A stretch of DNA of 17,871 nt from Candidatus Poribacteria bacterium (lineage in GTDB: Bacteria; Poribacteria; WGA-4E; GCA-2687025): contig VGLH01000086.1 in NCBI GenBank assembly GCA_016866785.1, forward strand, positions 1 through 17,871, in the 5' to 3' direction. Under the pieces are notes generated by a model that was not told the origin of the DNA, did not search any database, and worked only from the letters and a program-made list of their open reading frames with translations. The translations under genes and the position numbers were made by a program. Shown piece after piece: positions 8,071 through 15,569 of this stretch (positions within the stretch are counted from its first letter, which is position 1; every line of letters begins with the position of its first letter).

Positions 8071-8928
8071 ATGTCGACACGCACGACGACACTCGAAAGG
8101 CTGCAGAGCATTCTCGACGCGCTAGAGGCGTTCGATCCGTCTGAACTTCCCGATAGGAGGTTCTACGACGATCTCATCAGCGCGACCCGGATGTTCCACG
8201 ATGGGGTCCGCGATGCTCGCGTCGACCCGAAGGTGGATGATGTCCGTTTCGCGCTCGATTTGACCAAGTACGTGCTTGAGGAGTTCCCGCGGATCCTGCG
8301 GGATTCACCCAAGCGGTTCTGGCTGGATGCGCGGTATGAGATCGGAGCCCAGGAGTTCGACCTTACGTACACCTACCAGGACGCGCTCGCGGCGGAGCGG
8401 GTGCTGAAGCTGAACCCGCGGTACTTCGTGGACGTCGGCTCAACGGTCTCGTTCGTGACATTGGTCTCGCGGAGCGTCCGATGCATCGCCATCGACGCTC
8501 GACCCACGCCGTTCGCCTTGCACAATCTCGTCTACCGCCAGGCGGAGGCGCAGGAACTGCCGTTCACCGACGGCTCGGTGCCGTTATTGACGTCTCTGCA
8601 CGCCTCGGAGCACTTCGGGCTCGGTCGCTATGGAGATACAGTAGACAACATGGCGTTTCGGAAGGCTGTCCGTGAGTACCAGAGGGTCGTGCAGATCGGC
8701 GGGCACCTCATCATCAGTGTGCCAACGCAGCTCGAGCCGACAACGCTCTTCAACAGCATGAATCTCTTCACGCCGGAGCTGCTACAGTCCCACTTCCCTC
8801 GCTGTCGAGTCGTCGACGAGATCTTTCTGTGCGGCGTGCCCGTTACGCGAGAGACCCACGACACCGCGCTACGCGAGAACCCGTCTTCTTGGGGCGCCTA
8901 CATGGCGATCTTCCAGCGAGAGCACTGA
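8071..8928 (+). CDS. methyltransferase-fold protein, DUF268-like (putative SAM-dependent methyltransferase)
   Basis: The ATG at 8071 is 17 nt after the YhcH-like stop. The motif 'LTSLHASEHFGLGRYGD' resembles the conserved HxxEHxGLGRYGD of DUF268 (assigned from memory). A Rossmann-like 'YFVDVGSTVSFVTLVSR' precedes it. Confidence 0.65.
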   Translation: MSTRTTTLERLQSILDALEAFDPSELPDRRFYDDLISATRMFHDGVRDARVDPKVDDVRFALDLTKYVLEEFPRILRDSPKRFWLDARYEIGAQEFDLTYTYQDALAAERVLKLNPRYFVDVGSTVSFVTLVSRSVRCIAIDARPTPFALHNLVYRQAEAQELPFTDGSVPLLTSLHASEHFGLGRYGDTVDNMAFRKAVREYQRVVQIGGHLIISVPTQLEPTTLFNSMNLFTPELLQSHFPRCRVVDEIFLCGVPVTRETHDTALRENPSSWGAYMAIFQREH

Positions 8929-8952
8929 GACCGTAAGGAGGCACCCCAACCA

Positions 8953-8966
8953 CTCGCGCCTGCGCG
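8953..8966. other. short palindrome TCGCGC-CT-GCGCGA in the 40-nt convergent gap between the two methyltransferase genes
   Basis: 6-bp arms with a 2-nt spacer. It is too tight for a stable terminator hairpin and there is no T-tract. Confidence 0.15.
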
Positions 8967-8967
8967 A

Positions 8968-10104
8968 CTAGGGCGAGGCGTCGAGCTCCACGGGTTCCCA
9001 CACATCGCCATGTCGGCGTGTCGCCCACACCGCGTTGCGCATCCCGACCGTCCCAAACGCCTCGGCGACTGCCAAGGCAACGCCTGGGCAGTAGTCCTCG
9101 CCGGAGTTGGGGTCTGTCGCCAGCTCCAGCCGCTGAGCCACGGATTCCCGGACGTGATCGCTGTCGCAGTCCTCGAGCTGGCGAGGCAGGTCGTCGCCGG
9201 CGATGATTCCCCCATCGCGGACGAGGTGCACCACCTGGCTCAGATCATACGCCACATCCTGGTAGAGATGGGATCCGTCGACGTAGATGAAGTCGAACAA
9301 CCCGTCGCGCAGGAGAGGGAGTACCTGCGACGAGGCTCCGCGGAGCGGCACGATGATGTCTTCGAACCTCGCGGCTCTGATGTTGTGTAAGAACAGATTC
9401 AGGAGCTCTCCGCTCTTGAGCGCATCGTTCATCCGACGATGGGCGCTGCTCATGTGCGTCTGAAGGTCCCAGAACTCGCGCCAGGGATCAACGCAGTAGA
9501 CAATGCCACGACGCTCACATTGGCGCGCGATGGCATCAGCCCATAGCACGGCGGACCCACCTGCCCACGAGCCGATCTCAAGAATACGCATACCGTCTCC
9601 GTCCACTGTGACAGCGCACACGCGGCGAATGAGCGCCTGCAAGACCGGACGACGTTCGTTGCGTGCGTCCTGATTGCTCATCAGCACGGGCCCGAAGTAT
9701 GCAGTGCCCCGCCGCATCGCCCGCTGGTAGTCCTGGATCGCCTGTCGCTCGACAGCCGCTGCCTCGAAGGCGGGCTGGATCTTGAGCGCCTGATCGTACT
9801 CCTGGACCGCCTCGGCGTACCGCATGGTGTACTGCAAGATATTCCCCAGCAGGTAGCGAGTGTTGTAGTGGTTGGGGTTCACGCGTAGGAGCAGACGCGA
9901 CGTCGTTTCGGCATCTTCAAAGCGCCCGACGTGGTACTGAGCAGCCGCGATCGAGTGGACCTCCTCGACTCGAGGCGGAGTATCGCCCAGCAGGTGGCGG
10001 ATGGCCGCCAGCAGGTTCCCCGGAGGTGTCGACAGCACCATCTGCTGCAGCGTCTGCAATACGTCATCGATCCGGTTGGATGCGTCATCGTTCGCGCCGA
10101 CCAT
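8968..10104 (-). CDS. TPR-repeat plus class I SAM-dependent methyltransferase fusion (Methyltransf_24 / TylF-CmcI-like)
   Basis: The ATG at 10104 has AGGGAGAGG upstream. N-terminal TPRs include 'EAVQEYDQALKIQPAFEAAAVERQAIQDYQRA'. The MTase core has 'ILEIGSWAGGSAVLWA...IVYCVDPW' and 'FDFIYVDGSHLYQDVAYDL'. Confidence 0.8.
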   Translation of the reverse strand: MVGANDDASNRIDDVLQTLQQMVLSTPPGNLLAAIRHLLGDTPPRVEEVHSIAAAQYHVGRFEDAETTSRLLLRVNPNHYNTRYLLGNILQYTMRYAEAVQEYDQALKIQPAFEAAAVERQAIQDYQRAMRRGTAYFGPVLMSNQDARNERRPVLQALIRRVCAVTVDGDGMRILEIGSWAGGSAVLWADAIARQCERRGIVYCVDPWREFWDLQTHMSSAHRRMNDALKSGELLNLFLHNIRAARFEDIIVPLRGASSQVLPLLRDGLFDFIYVDGSHLYQDVAYDLSQVVHLVRDGGIIAGDDLPRQLEDCDSDHVRESVAQRLELATDPNSGEDYCPGVALAVAEAFGTVGMRNAVWATRRHGDVWEPVELDASP

Positions 10105-10120
10105 TCGCCTCTCCCTTGCT

Positions 10121-10148
10121 CCGATGCGCAACTCGCATGCGCGATCGG
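10121..10148. other. imperfect inverted repeat CCGATGCGCA-N7-TGCGCGATCGG, with a second copy of the palindrome TGCGCA inside
   Basis: Read from the sequence. It lies between the J-domain gene stop (10202) and the TPR-MTase start (10104). It could act as a factor-independent terminator-like hairpin without a T-tract, or as an operator. Confidence 0.3.
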
Positions 10149-10201
10149 TGATGGAGCCATCGAGGCACACGTCTTCAGCTCACACTCCCGCCATCATACC
10201 A

Positions 10202-11056
10202 TCACCCGCGCATGTGACGAGTGAGCGTGGTGAACTGCTCACGAATCGTCGCCAGTCTTGCCCGTGCTGCCTCGACCTTCTCGGAGATTCCGCGACGGAG
10301 CTCCTCGAGCGGGTCGTTTCCCGATTCGCGACCTCGTTCCACGTCCATCTTCATCTTGTAGGTGTCGCTTGCGGCGAGCTCGTCGCGGTCATGTCGTAGG
10401 TCGCCTACGGTCTTGTGGAGACGAAGGTACTCGCGATAGAGCCTGCGTTCGCGCTCGTTGAATGATTCGGTGGGCGGAGTGTCTCCGGTCGGCAACGTCA
10501 TCTCCAGTCGCTCGAGCGTGGCGACATCCTCCGACTCGTACGCGTCGTTGATCAACGCCATCAGGTCCGCGTGCCGAGCCCGCGATCCGGCGTCGGAGGC
10601 TTTGTCAGGATGGTACTGCTTGGCGAGCCTCAAGTAGAGTTGGCGGGCTCGCTGCTGAGGCGTCTTGCGGGACGACGAGCTCGGTTTCGGTTCTACCCCA
10701 TCGGACGTGCCGCGCTTGGGACCTTGCTCAACGCGCTTCCGCTCGACGCGGAACGCGCTCTCGACCCGCCGGTCGAGCTGCTCCTCGCTGTGCGCGACGC
10801 CCTTTTCGACCAGTCGCGCGCGATAGAGCAGCTCCTTGATCGTGAGTTGAATCTTGTCCAACTCCAGGTACAGGTTCCCGATCCGAGCGTTGTATTCATG
10901 CTGAAAGACGCGCGTCTCGGTGCGGATCCGCTCGCAGTCGAGCGTCAGAGCGACGATCTCGTCGCGGCAGTCGACGATCTTTTGTTGGTAGTCCCGGATG
11001 CGGGCGGTCTGGAGGTCTTCGGTGGTCGGAGCCGGGACGGTTCCCGCGTCGCTCAC
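10202..11056 (-). CDS. J-domain (DnaJ-like) protein with flanking coiled-coil regions
   Basis: The GTG start at 11056 overlaps the SPFH stop codon (GTGA), giving translational coupling. A central J-domain 'RARQLYLRLAKQYHPDKA...LMALINDAYE' carries the HPD motif. There is no DnaJ zinc-finger or CTD. Heptad-like charged segments lie on both sides. Confidence 0.75.
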   Translation of the reverse strand: MSDAGTVPAPTTEDLQTARIRDYQQKIVDCRDEIVALTLDCERIRTETRVFQHEYNARIGNLYLELDKIQLTIKELLYRARLVEKGVAHSEEQLDRRVESAFRVERKRVEQGPKRGTSDGVEPKPSSSSRKTPQQRARQLYLRLAKQYHPDKASDAGSRARHADLMALINDAYESEDVATLERLEMTLPTGDTPPTESFNERERRLYREYLRLHKTVGDLRHDRDELAASDTYKMKMDVERGRESGNDPLEELRRGISEKVEAARARLATIREQFTTLTRHMRG

Positions 11057-11841
11057 GGTGCGACCGACGGAGCCGAAGGTGTGGCTTCTCCGGGAGCTCC
11101 GACGCCGGACATCAGCGTCTTCAGGAGCTCGAGTGGCAAGGGAACGACCAACGTCGAGTTCCGCTCAGCCGCAACTTCGGAGATGCTCTGCAGGAACCTG
11201 AGGTGGATCGCCGCCGGTTCCGTGGAGAGCGTGTCTGCGGCTTCGGACAGGCGCTGAGCCGCCGCGAGCTCTCCCTGGGCGTGGATCACCTTCGCGCGAC
11301 GTTCTCGCTCCGCCTCCGCCTTGCGCGCGAGAGCCCGCTTCATCGTCTCCGGCAACTGGATGTCCTTGATCTCGACGGACAGGATTTCGACACCCCACTG
11401 AGCGACCTGCGATGCGATCGTCGCCTGCAAGTCCTCCGACAGACGGTCGCGCTCCGTCAAGAGCGTGTCCAGGTCGGCTCTGCCGAGGGAGCTTCGAAGA
11501 GTCGTCTGCGCCACCTGGGTCGTTGCGAAGTTGACATCTTCGACGCCCAGCACCGCTGCCTTCGGATCGACGATCCGGCGATAGACGACGGCATTCACCG
11601 TCACCGAGACATTGTCGCGTGTGATGAGGTCTTGGGGCGGAACGTCGTGGGTATGGATGCGCAGGTCCACCTTAACGAGGCGGTCGAACAGCGGGATCAT
11701 CCACACCAGCCCCGGGCCCTTCACGCCAACGAACCGTCCGAGCCGAAACATGACGGCGCGCTCGTACTCGCGCATAACGCGCACGAGGTTCCCGACCAGA
11801 ACGGCGGCGAACGCGATGAGGACGATCCACTGAAGCCACAT
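11053..11841 (-). CDS. SPFH / band-7 (stomatin-like) membrane scaffold protein
   Basis: The ATG at 11841 has GAGGTG upstream. The N-terminal TM helix 'MWLQWIVLIAFAAVLVGNLV' is followed by the classic SPFH start 'REYERAVMFRLGRFVGVKGPGLVWMIPLFDRLVKVDLR'. A charged coiled-coil 'ARKAEAERERRAKVIHAQGE' lies toward the C-terminus. Confidence 0.9.
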   Translation of the reverse strand: MWLQWIVLIAFAAVLVGNLVRVMREYERAVMFRLGRFVGVKGPGLVWMIPLFDRLVKVDLRIHTHDVPPQDLITRDNVSVTVNAVVYRRIVDPKAAVLGVEDVNFATTQVAQTTLRSSLGRADLDTLLTERDRLSEDLQATIASQVAQWGVEILSVEIKDIQLPETMKRALARKAEAERERRAKVIHAQGELAAAQRLSEAADTLSTEPAAIHLRFLQSISEVAAERNSTLVVPLPLELLKTLMSGVGAPGEATPSAPSVAP

Positions 11842-11858
11842 GGTTCACCTCGCGATGG

Positions 11859-12548
11859 CTATCGCAGCAGTTCGCGCACTCGCGCGGCGCTCATGCCTTC
11901 GAGCGTCGAAACGACCGCGTCCGCGTGACCGAGCCGCGACGCAGGATAGGAGTTGGTGACCGCAATGACTCGCATACCCGCCGCCTTGGCTCCATCCACT
12001 CCGTTGACGGTATCCTCGATGACGACGCATTCCTCCGGCATCAGGGCTCCCGCCAGCGTCAGACGCAGAGACTCATAGGCGCGCAGATACGTCTCTGGAT
12101 GGGGCTTCCCGCGCGTCACGTCGTCTGCGCCGACGATCTCGGTGAACACGCCGTCGAGTCGATGCGCGGACAGGATCGCGACGATCTCCGCCTTGAGCGC
12201 CCCGGAAGCGATGGCGAGGGGCATGTCTGCCGCCATCGCCCGGATGAAGTCCGCCGCTCCTGGGAAGAGGGGAACGCCCGTCTGGATCGCGTCGTCGAAC
12301 CGCTCCGCCTTGCGAGCCATGAGAGCCCGCAGCTTTGGAGCGCCCAACTCGCGGTCGGCTTGCTTGAACGCCGTGCGGATCGAGTCACGGTCGTCCAGGA
12401 CGATATACGTGCGGGCATACTCCGCTTCGGAGACGCCAATGCCTTCTTCGGCGAGCGTATCACGGAGCGTCGAGAAGTGGAGCCCCTCCGTGTCCGCGAT
12501 GACGCCGTCGAAGTCGAAGATGCCCGCCCGAACGCCGAGACGTGGCAT
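11859..12548 (-). CDS. HAD-superfamily hydrolase, subfamily IA (phosphatase or beta-phosphoglucomutase-like)
   Basis: The ATG at 12548 lies 8 nt after the tpx stop. Motif I is 'GIFDFDGVIADTE'. Motif III is 'RGKPHPETYL'. Motif IV is 'VVIEDTVNGVDGAKAAGMRVIAV'. The upstream extension to 12782 in the ORF track is Arg-rich and looks non-coding. Confidence 0.8.
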   Translation of the reverse strand: MPRLGVRAGIFDFDGVIADTEGLHFSTLRDTLAEEGIGVSEAEYARTYIVLDDRDSIRTAFKQADRELGAPKLRALMARKAERFDDAIQTGVPLFPGAADFIRAMAADMPLAIASGALKAEIVAILSAHRLDGVFTEIVGADDVTRGKPHPETYLRAYESLRLTLAGALMPEECVVIEDTVNGVDGAKAAGMRVIAVTNSYPASRLGHADAVVSTLEGMSAARVRELLR

Positions 12549-12556
12549 AGGGCCCT

Positions 12557-13075
12557 TTACAGCAGCGAGCGTATCGCCGCGAATGCCGCGTCGTAGTTCG
12601 GTTCGGTCGTTACTTCGGGAACGATCTCCTGGTACCGAACGACGCCCTTGCTGTCGATCACGAGGACGGCGCGCGCCAGGATGTCGAGTTCCTTGATGTG
12701 AAGCCCGTACGCCAGCCCGAACGAGTGGTTGCGATAGTCGGACAGCGTGACGATGTTCTTGGCATCGGCAGCGCCGCACCATCGCGCCTGCGCCGGAGGC
12801 AGGTCCATACTGATCGTGAGCACAACCGCCTTATCGCCGAGTTCGCCGGCGCACTCGTTGAACTTGCGCGTCTGCGTGTCGCAGACCGGCGTGTCGAGCG
12901 ACGGCACGACATTCAAAACGCGCACCTTGCCGGCGCTATCGCTGAGGCTGATGAAGTCAGCGAGGCTGCTCGCAATCCTGAAGTCCGCTGCCGGCTTTCC
13001 GACTTCCGCCGGCGTGCCGACCAGGGTGAGACCGTTGCCCTTGAATGCCGTCAGTCCGGTTCGCTCCTGAGCCAT
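12557..13075 (-). CDS. tpx: thiol peroxidase (atypical 2-Cys peroxiredoxin, Tpx)
   Basis: The ATG at 13075 has GAGAGGG upstream. The Tpx signature 'VLNVVPSLDTPVCDTQTRKF' includes the peroxidatic Cys. The resolving Cys lies in 'LTISMDLPPAQARWCG'. It aligns with E. coli Tpx along its full length. Confidence 0.9.
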   Translation of the reverse strand: MAQERTGLTAFKGNGLTLVGTPAEVGKPAADFRIASSLADFISLSDSAGKVRVLNVVPSLDTPVCDTQTRKFNECAGELGDKAVVLTISMDLPPAQARWCGAADAKNIVTLSDYRNHSFGLAYGLHIKELDILARAVLVIDSKGVVRYQEIVPEVTTEPNYDAAFAAIRSLL

Positions 13076-13166
13076 GCTGATACCCTCTCAGTCACCATTC
13101 AACGTGTGGGAACACCGACCGTCATCGGAAGGATGTGCGTGCGCGTCGCGGGCCGGCGCGCTGTGA

Positions 13167-13196
13167 AGTGTATCCCTTCCGACTCCGACGAAGCAA
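13167..13196 (-). promoter_or_regulatory. sigma-70-like promoter candidate for the tpx–HAD–SPFH–J-domain operon
   Basis: On the minus strand: TTGCTT (13196-13191), 18-nt spacer, TACACT (13172-13167). It lies ~90 nt upstream of the tpx ATG, in the 140-nt gap after the dgoD-like stop. Confidence 0.3.
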
Positions 13197-13215
13197 ACCG
13201 ACGCGCGAGATCGGA

Positions 13216-14301
13216 TCAGATGTCCTGCACGCCGCCATCGTCGGCGAACCGACCGGCGATACCGTCCTCCGTGAACGGTCGGCTGGCGATCACGTCTTCG
13301 TCGAGGTCGATGCCCAGTCCCGGCGACGTGGGCAGTTCAGCGTGACCTTCACGGATGATCAGCGGGTCCTTCTGAACGCGCGTTCGCCAGGGCTCGTTCG
13401 TAAAGACGTACTCCAGGATGAGGAAGTTCGGAATCGCCGCGCAGAGGTGGACGCACGCCGCCGTCGAGACCGGTCCGTACGGGTTGTGGGGCACGACCTG
13501 GATGTAGTAGGTCTCCGCCATCGCAGCGATCCGGCGAACCTCCGAAATGCCTCCGGCGTGACACAAGTCGGGCTGGATGACCGACACCCACTGGTTCTCG
13601 ATGACTTGTCGGAACCCCCAGCGCGTGTAGAGTCGCTCCCCGGTCGCGAGCGGCGTTCGGTACCGACTCGACGCGAGCGGCGCAAGGACCTCCGGGTTAT
13701 CGGGCGGGCACGGTTCCTCGAAGAAGAGGAGCCGGTAGGGCTCCGCCGCAAGAATCTGCTGATGCGCCTCCTGCGGCGTCGACATGCCGTGGTTGTCGAT
13801 CATAATGTCGAAGGCGTCACCGACATTGCCTCGGATCGCTTCGAGGTTCGCCTTCACTTGATCCGGCGAGCCCGCGCCGGTCTTCATCGCCGTGAACCCT
13901 AGGTCGCGGAGCTCCAAGGCGGTCTGGGGTCCGCCGTGTCCGTAGAGCCGGATGCGCTCGCGGCACGCGCCGCCGAGAAGCTTGTAGACCGGCACGCCGT
14001 ACGCCTTGCCCGTGATGTCCCACAGCGCCTGATCGATGCCGCTAAGCGCCGTGTTCAGAATGACGCCACCGCGCCAGAACCCGTGGCGGAACATCGTCTG
14101 CCACAGGTGCTCGATCCGCGTTGGGTCCTTGCCGATGACATGCCGCGCCACCTCGTGGACCGCCTGCTCGACGGTGCGTTCCTTCCACTCAAGCGACGCC
14201 TCGCCCCATCCGTGGATGCCCTCGTCCGTGCAGACTTTGACGAATACCCAGTTCCGCTCGACGCCCCGCATCACGTACGTACGGACGTCGGTGACCTTCA
14301 T
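13216..14301 (-). CDS. dgoD: enolase-superfamily dehydratase, D-galactonate dehydratase (DgoD) family
   Basis: The ATG at 14301 has AGGAG 8 nt upstream. The N-terminal region is near-collinear with E. coli DgoD. Matches include '[10 protein letters not shown]...[17 protein letters not shown]' and '[58 protein letters not shown]'. The latter aligns with '[58 protein letters not shown]'. '[12 protein letters not shown]' is also present. Substrate specificity within this family cannot be assigned from sequence alone. Confidence 0.85.
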   Translation of the reverse strand: [361 protein letters not shown]

Positions 14302-14311
14302 CGAAAGGCTC

Positions 14312-14677
14312 CTAGCCGTCGATCAGATCGTCGATCGCTTCTGTGGGTCTGCCGATGGCCGCGTGATCGCCGCGCACAATGATGGGTCGCTGCATGAGGA
14401 TCGGATGCTTCACGACGGCATCGATCAGCGCTTCACCGGCCAACGAAGCGTTTCCGAGATTCAGTGCGTCGTACTCGTCCTCTCCGTCGCGCAGGATGTC
14501 GCGGACGCCCAGCCCGAGCTTGGTTAGCAGGTCTTGGATACCAGCGCGATCGAGAGGCGTCTTCAGATATTCGACGACTTCGGGTTGGATGCCCTTCTCT
14601 TCCAGATACGCCAGCGCAGCGCGCGACTTGCTGCATCGCGGGTTGTGGTAAATCGTCCATTCAGACTTCCGTGCCAT
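14312..14677 (-). CDS. arsC: ArsC-family (glutaredoxin-type arsenate reductase / Spx / YffB superfamily) reductase
   Basis: The ATG at 14677 has GGGGGA upstream. The gene stops 10 nt before the dgoD-like start. 'WTIYHNPRCSKSRAALAYL' matches the ArsC (R773-type) catalytic-Cys region 'ITIYHNPACGTSRNTL'. 'HPILMQRPIIV' matches 'HPILINRPIVV'. Confidence 0.75.
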   Translation of the reverse strand: MARKSEWTIYHNPRCSKSRAALAYLEEKGIQPEVVEYLKTPLDRAGIQDLLTKLGLGVRDILRDGEDEYDALNLGNASLAGEALIDAVVKHPILMQRPIIVRGDHAAIGRPTEAIDDLIDG

Positions 14678-14702
14678 CGATCCCCCAATCGCATTCCGAG
14701 GT

Positions 14703-14732
14703 TTGAGAGCTGTATCTGTCGCGTAGTATACT
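14703..14732 (+). promoter_or_regulatory. sigma-70-like promoter candidate for the zinc-ribbon/VOC genes
   Basis: -35 TTGAGA (14703-08), 18-nt spacer, -10 TATACT (14727-32). The site is ~40 nt upstream of the ATG at 14774. The -10 overlaps an 8-bp perfect palindrome, AGTATACT. Confidence 0.35.
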
Positions 14733-14773
14733 GGACGCGAGGCGTGAGGACGAGCTACGGGTAGGAGGAATCG

Positions 14774-15037
14774 ATGTTCGTTTGCACCGCGTGCGGTTAT
14801 CTCTTCGAAGATGTCACCGCCGCCGATCAGTTGCCTGACAAGTGCCCGAACTGCGAGTCGGACAAGCGGAACTTCATCGAGTACGACCGGAAGCTGGAGT
14901 CGTGGGTAAAGAAGGCAGTCGCGCAGCAGGTGCTGTACCCCGACGAGGAAGGCGCGAACGTGAAGGCAGCCAACTCCGGACTGTCATCGCACATCCGATT
15001 CGCCGTCGTCGGCGCTACGCGACCCAAGAGGAAGTAG
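14774..15037 (+). CDS. small zinc-ribbon (rubredoxin-like CxxC...CxxC) protein
   Basis: The ATG at 14774 is 6 nt downstream of AGGAGG. The two Cys pairs are 'CTACGY' and 'CPNCES'. The protein is 87 aa with a Lys/Arg-rich C-terminus. Confidence 0.6.
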   Translation: MFVCTACGYLFEDVTAADQLPDKCPNCESDKRNFIEYDRKLESWVKKAVAQQVLYPDEEGANVKAANSGLSSHIRFAVVGATRPKRK

Positions 15038-15044
15038 GTTCCCG

Positions 15045-15569
15045 TTGGGGATCGCGGCAGAAGCACGCATCGGGCACGTACACCTCACCGTGTCCGACCT
15101 GGATCGGTCGTTGGCGTTCTACCACGGCTTGCTGGGGTTTGACGTCACGCAGCGCTACGGCGACTCGGCGGCCTTTCTCTCGGCAGGCGGGTATCACCAC
15201 CACGTCGGGCTCAACACCTGGGCTGGGGAGGGCGCGCCCGCGCCGCCGAGCGGAACGACAGGACTCTATCACCTCGCCATCCTGTATCCATCGCGGCGGG
15301 ACCTGGCGAACGCGCTGTCGGTCCTGGTGAACGCCAAGCACCCGCTCACAGGAGCGTCGGACCACGGCGTTTCAGAGGCGATCTACCTGCGCGATCCCGA
15401 CGGCAACGGCGTTGAGCTCTACGTCGATCGACCCGCCGAGGAGTGGCCCCGCAATGGCGAGGGCAGGCTGGGCATGTTCACGCGTCCACTGGATCTCGAA
15501 CGCCTGCTCCGTGAGGCGGACGATGCCAAGCCTCCAACGAACGAAGACCTACACGGTCCCGGATCGTGA
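15045..15569 (+). CDS. VOC-family (glyoxalase / bleomycin-resistance / extradiol dioxygenase fold) protein, CatE-like
   Basis: The start is a TTG at 15045, which is uncertain. 'IGHVHLTVSDLDRSLAFYHGLLGF' is the canonical VOC beta-alpha-beta-beta-beta start. 'YHHHVGLN' and 'EAIYLRDPDGNGVELY' are also present. The plus frame has higher GC3 than the antisense frame through the 3' overlap with the ParA-like gene. Confidence 0.8.
   Translation: MGIAAEARIGHVHLTVSDLDRSLAFYHGLLGFDVTQRYGDSAAFLSAGGYHHHVGLNTWAGEGAPAPPSGTTGLYHLAILYPSRRDLANALSVLVNAKHPLTGASDHGVSEAIYLRDPDGNGVELYVDRPAEEWPRNGEGRLGMFTRPLDLERLLREADDAKPPTNEDLHGPGS

Noticed and set aside
11203-11928. 241-aa plus-strand ORF
   Set aside because: It is antisense to the SPFH gene and has no motifs.
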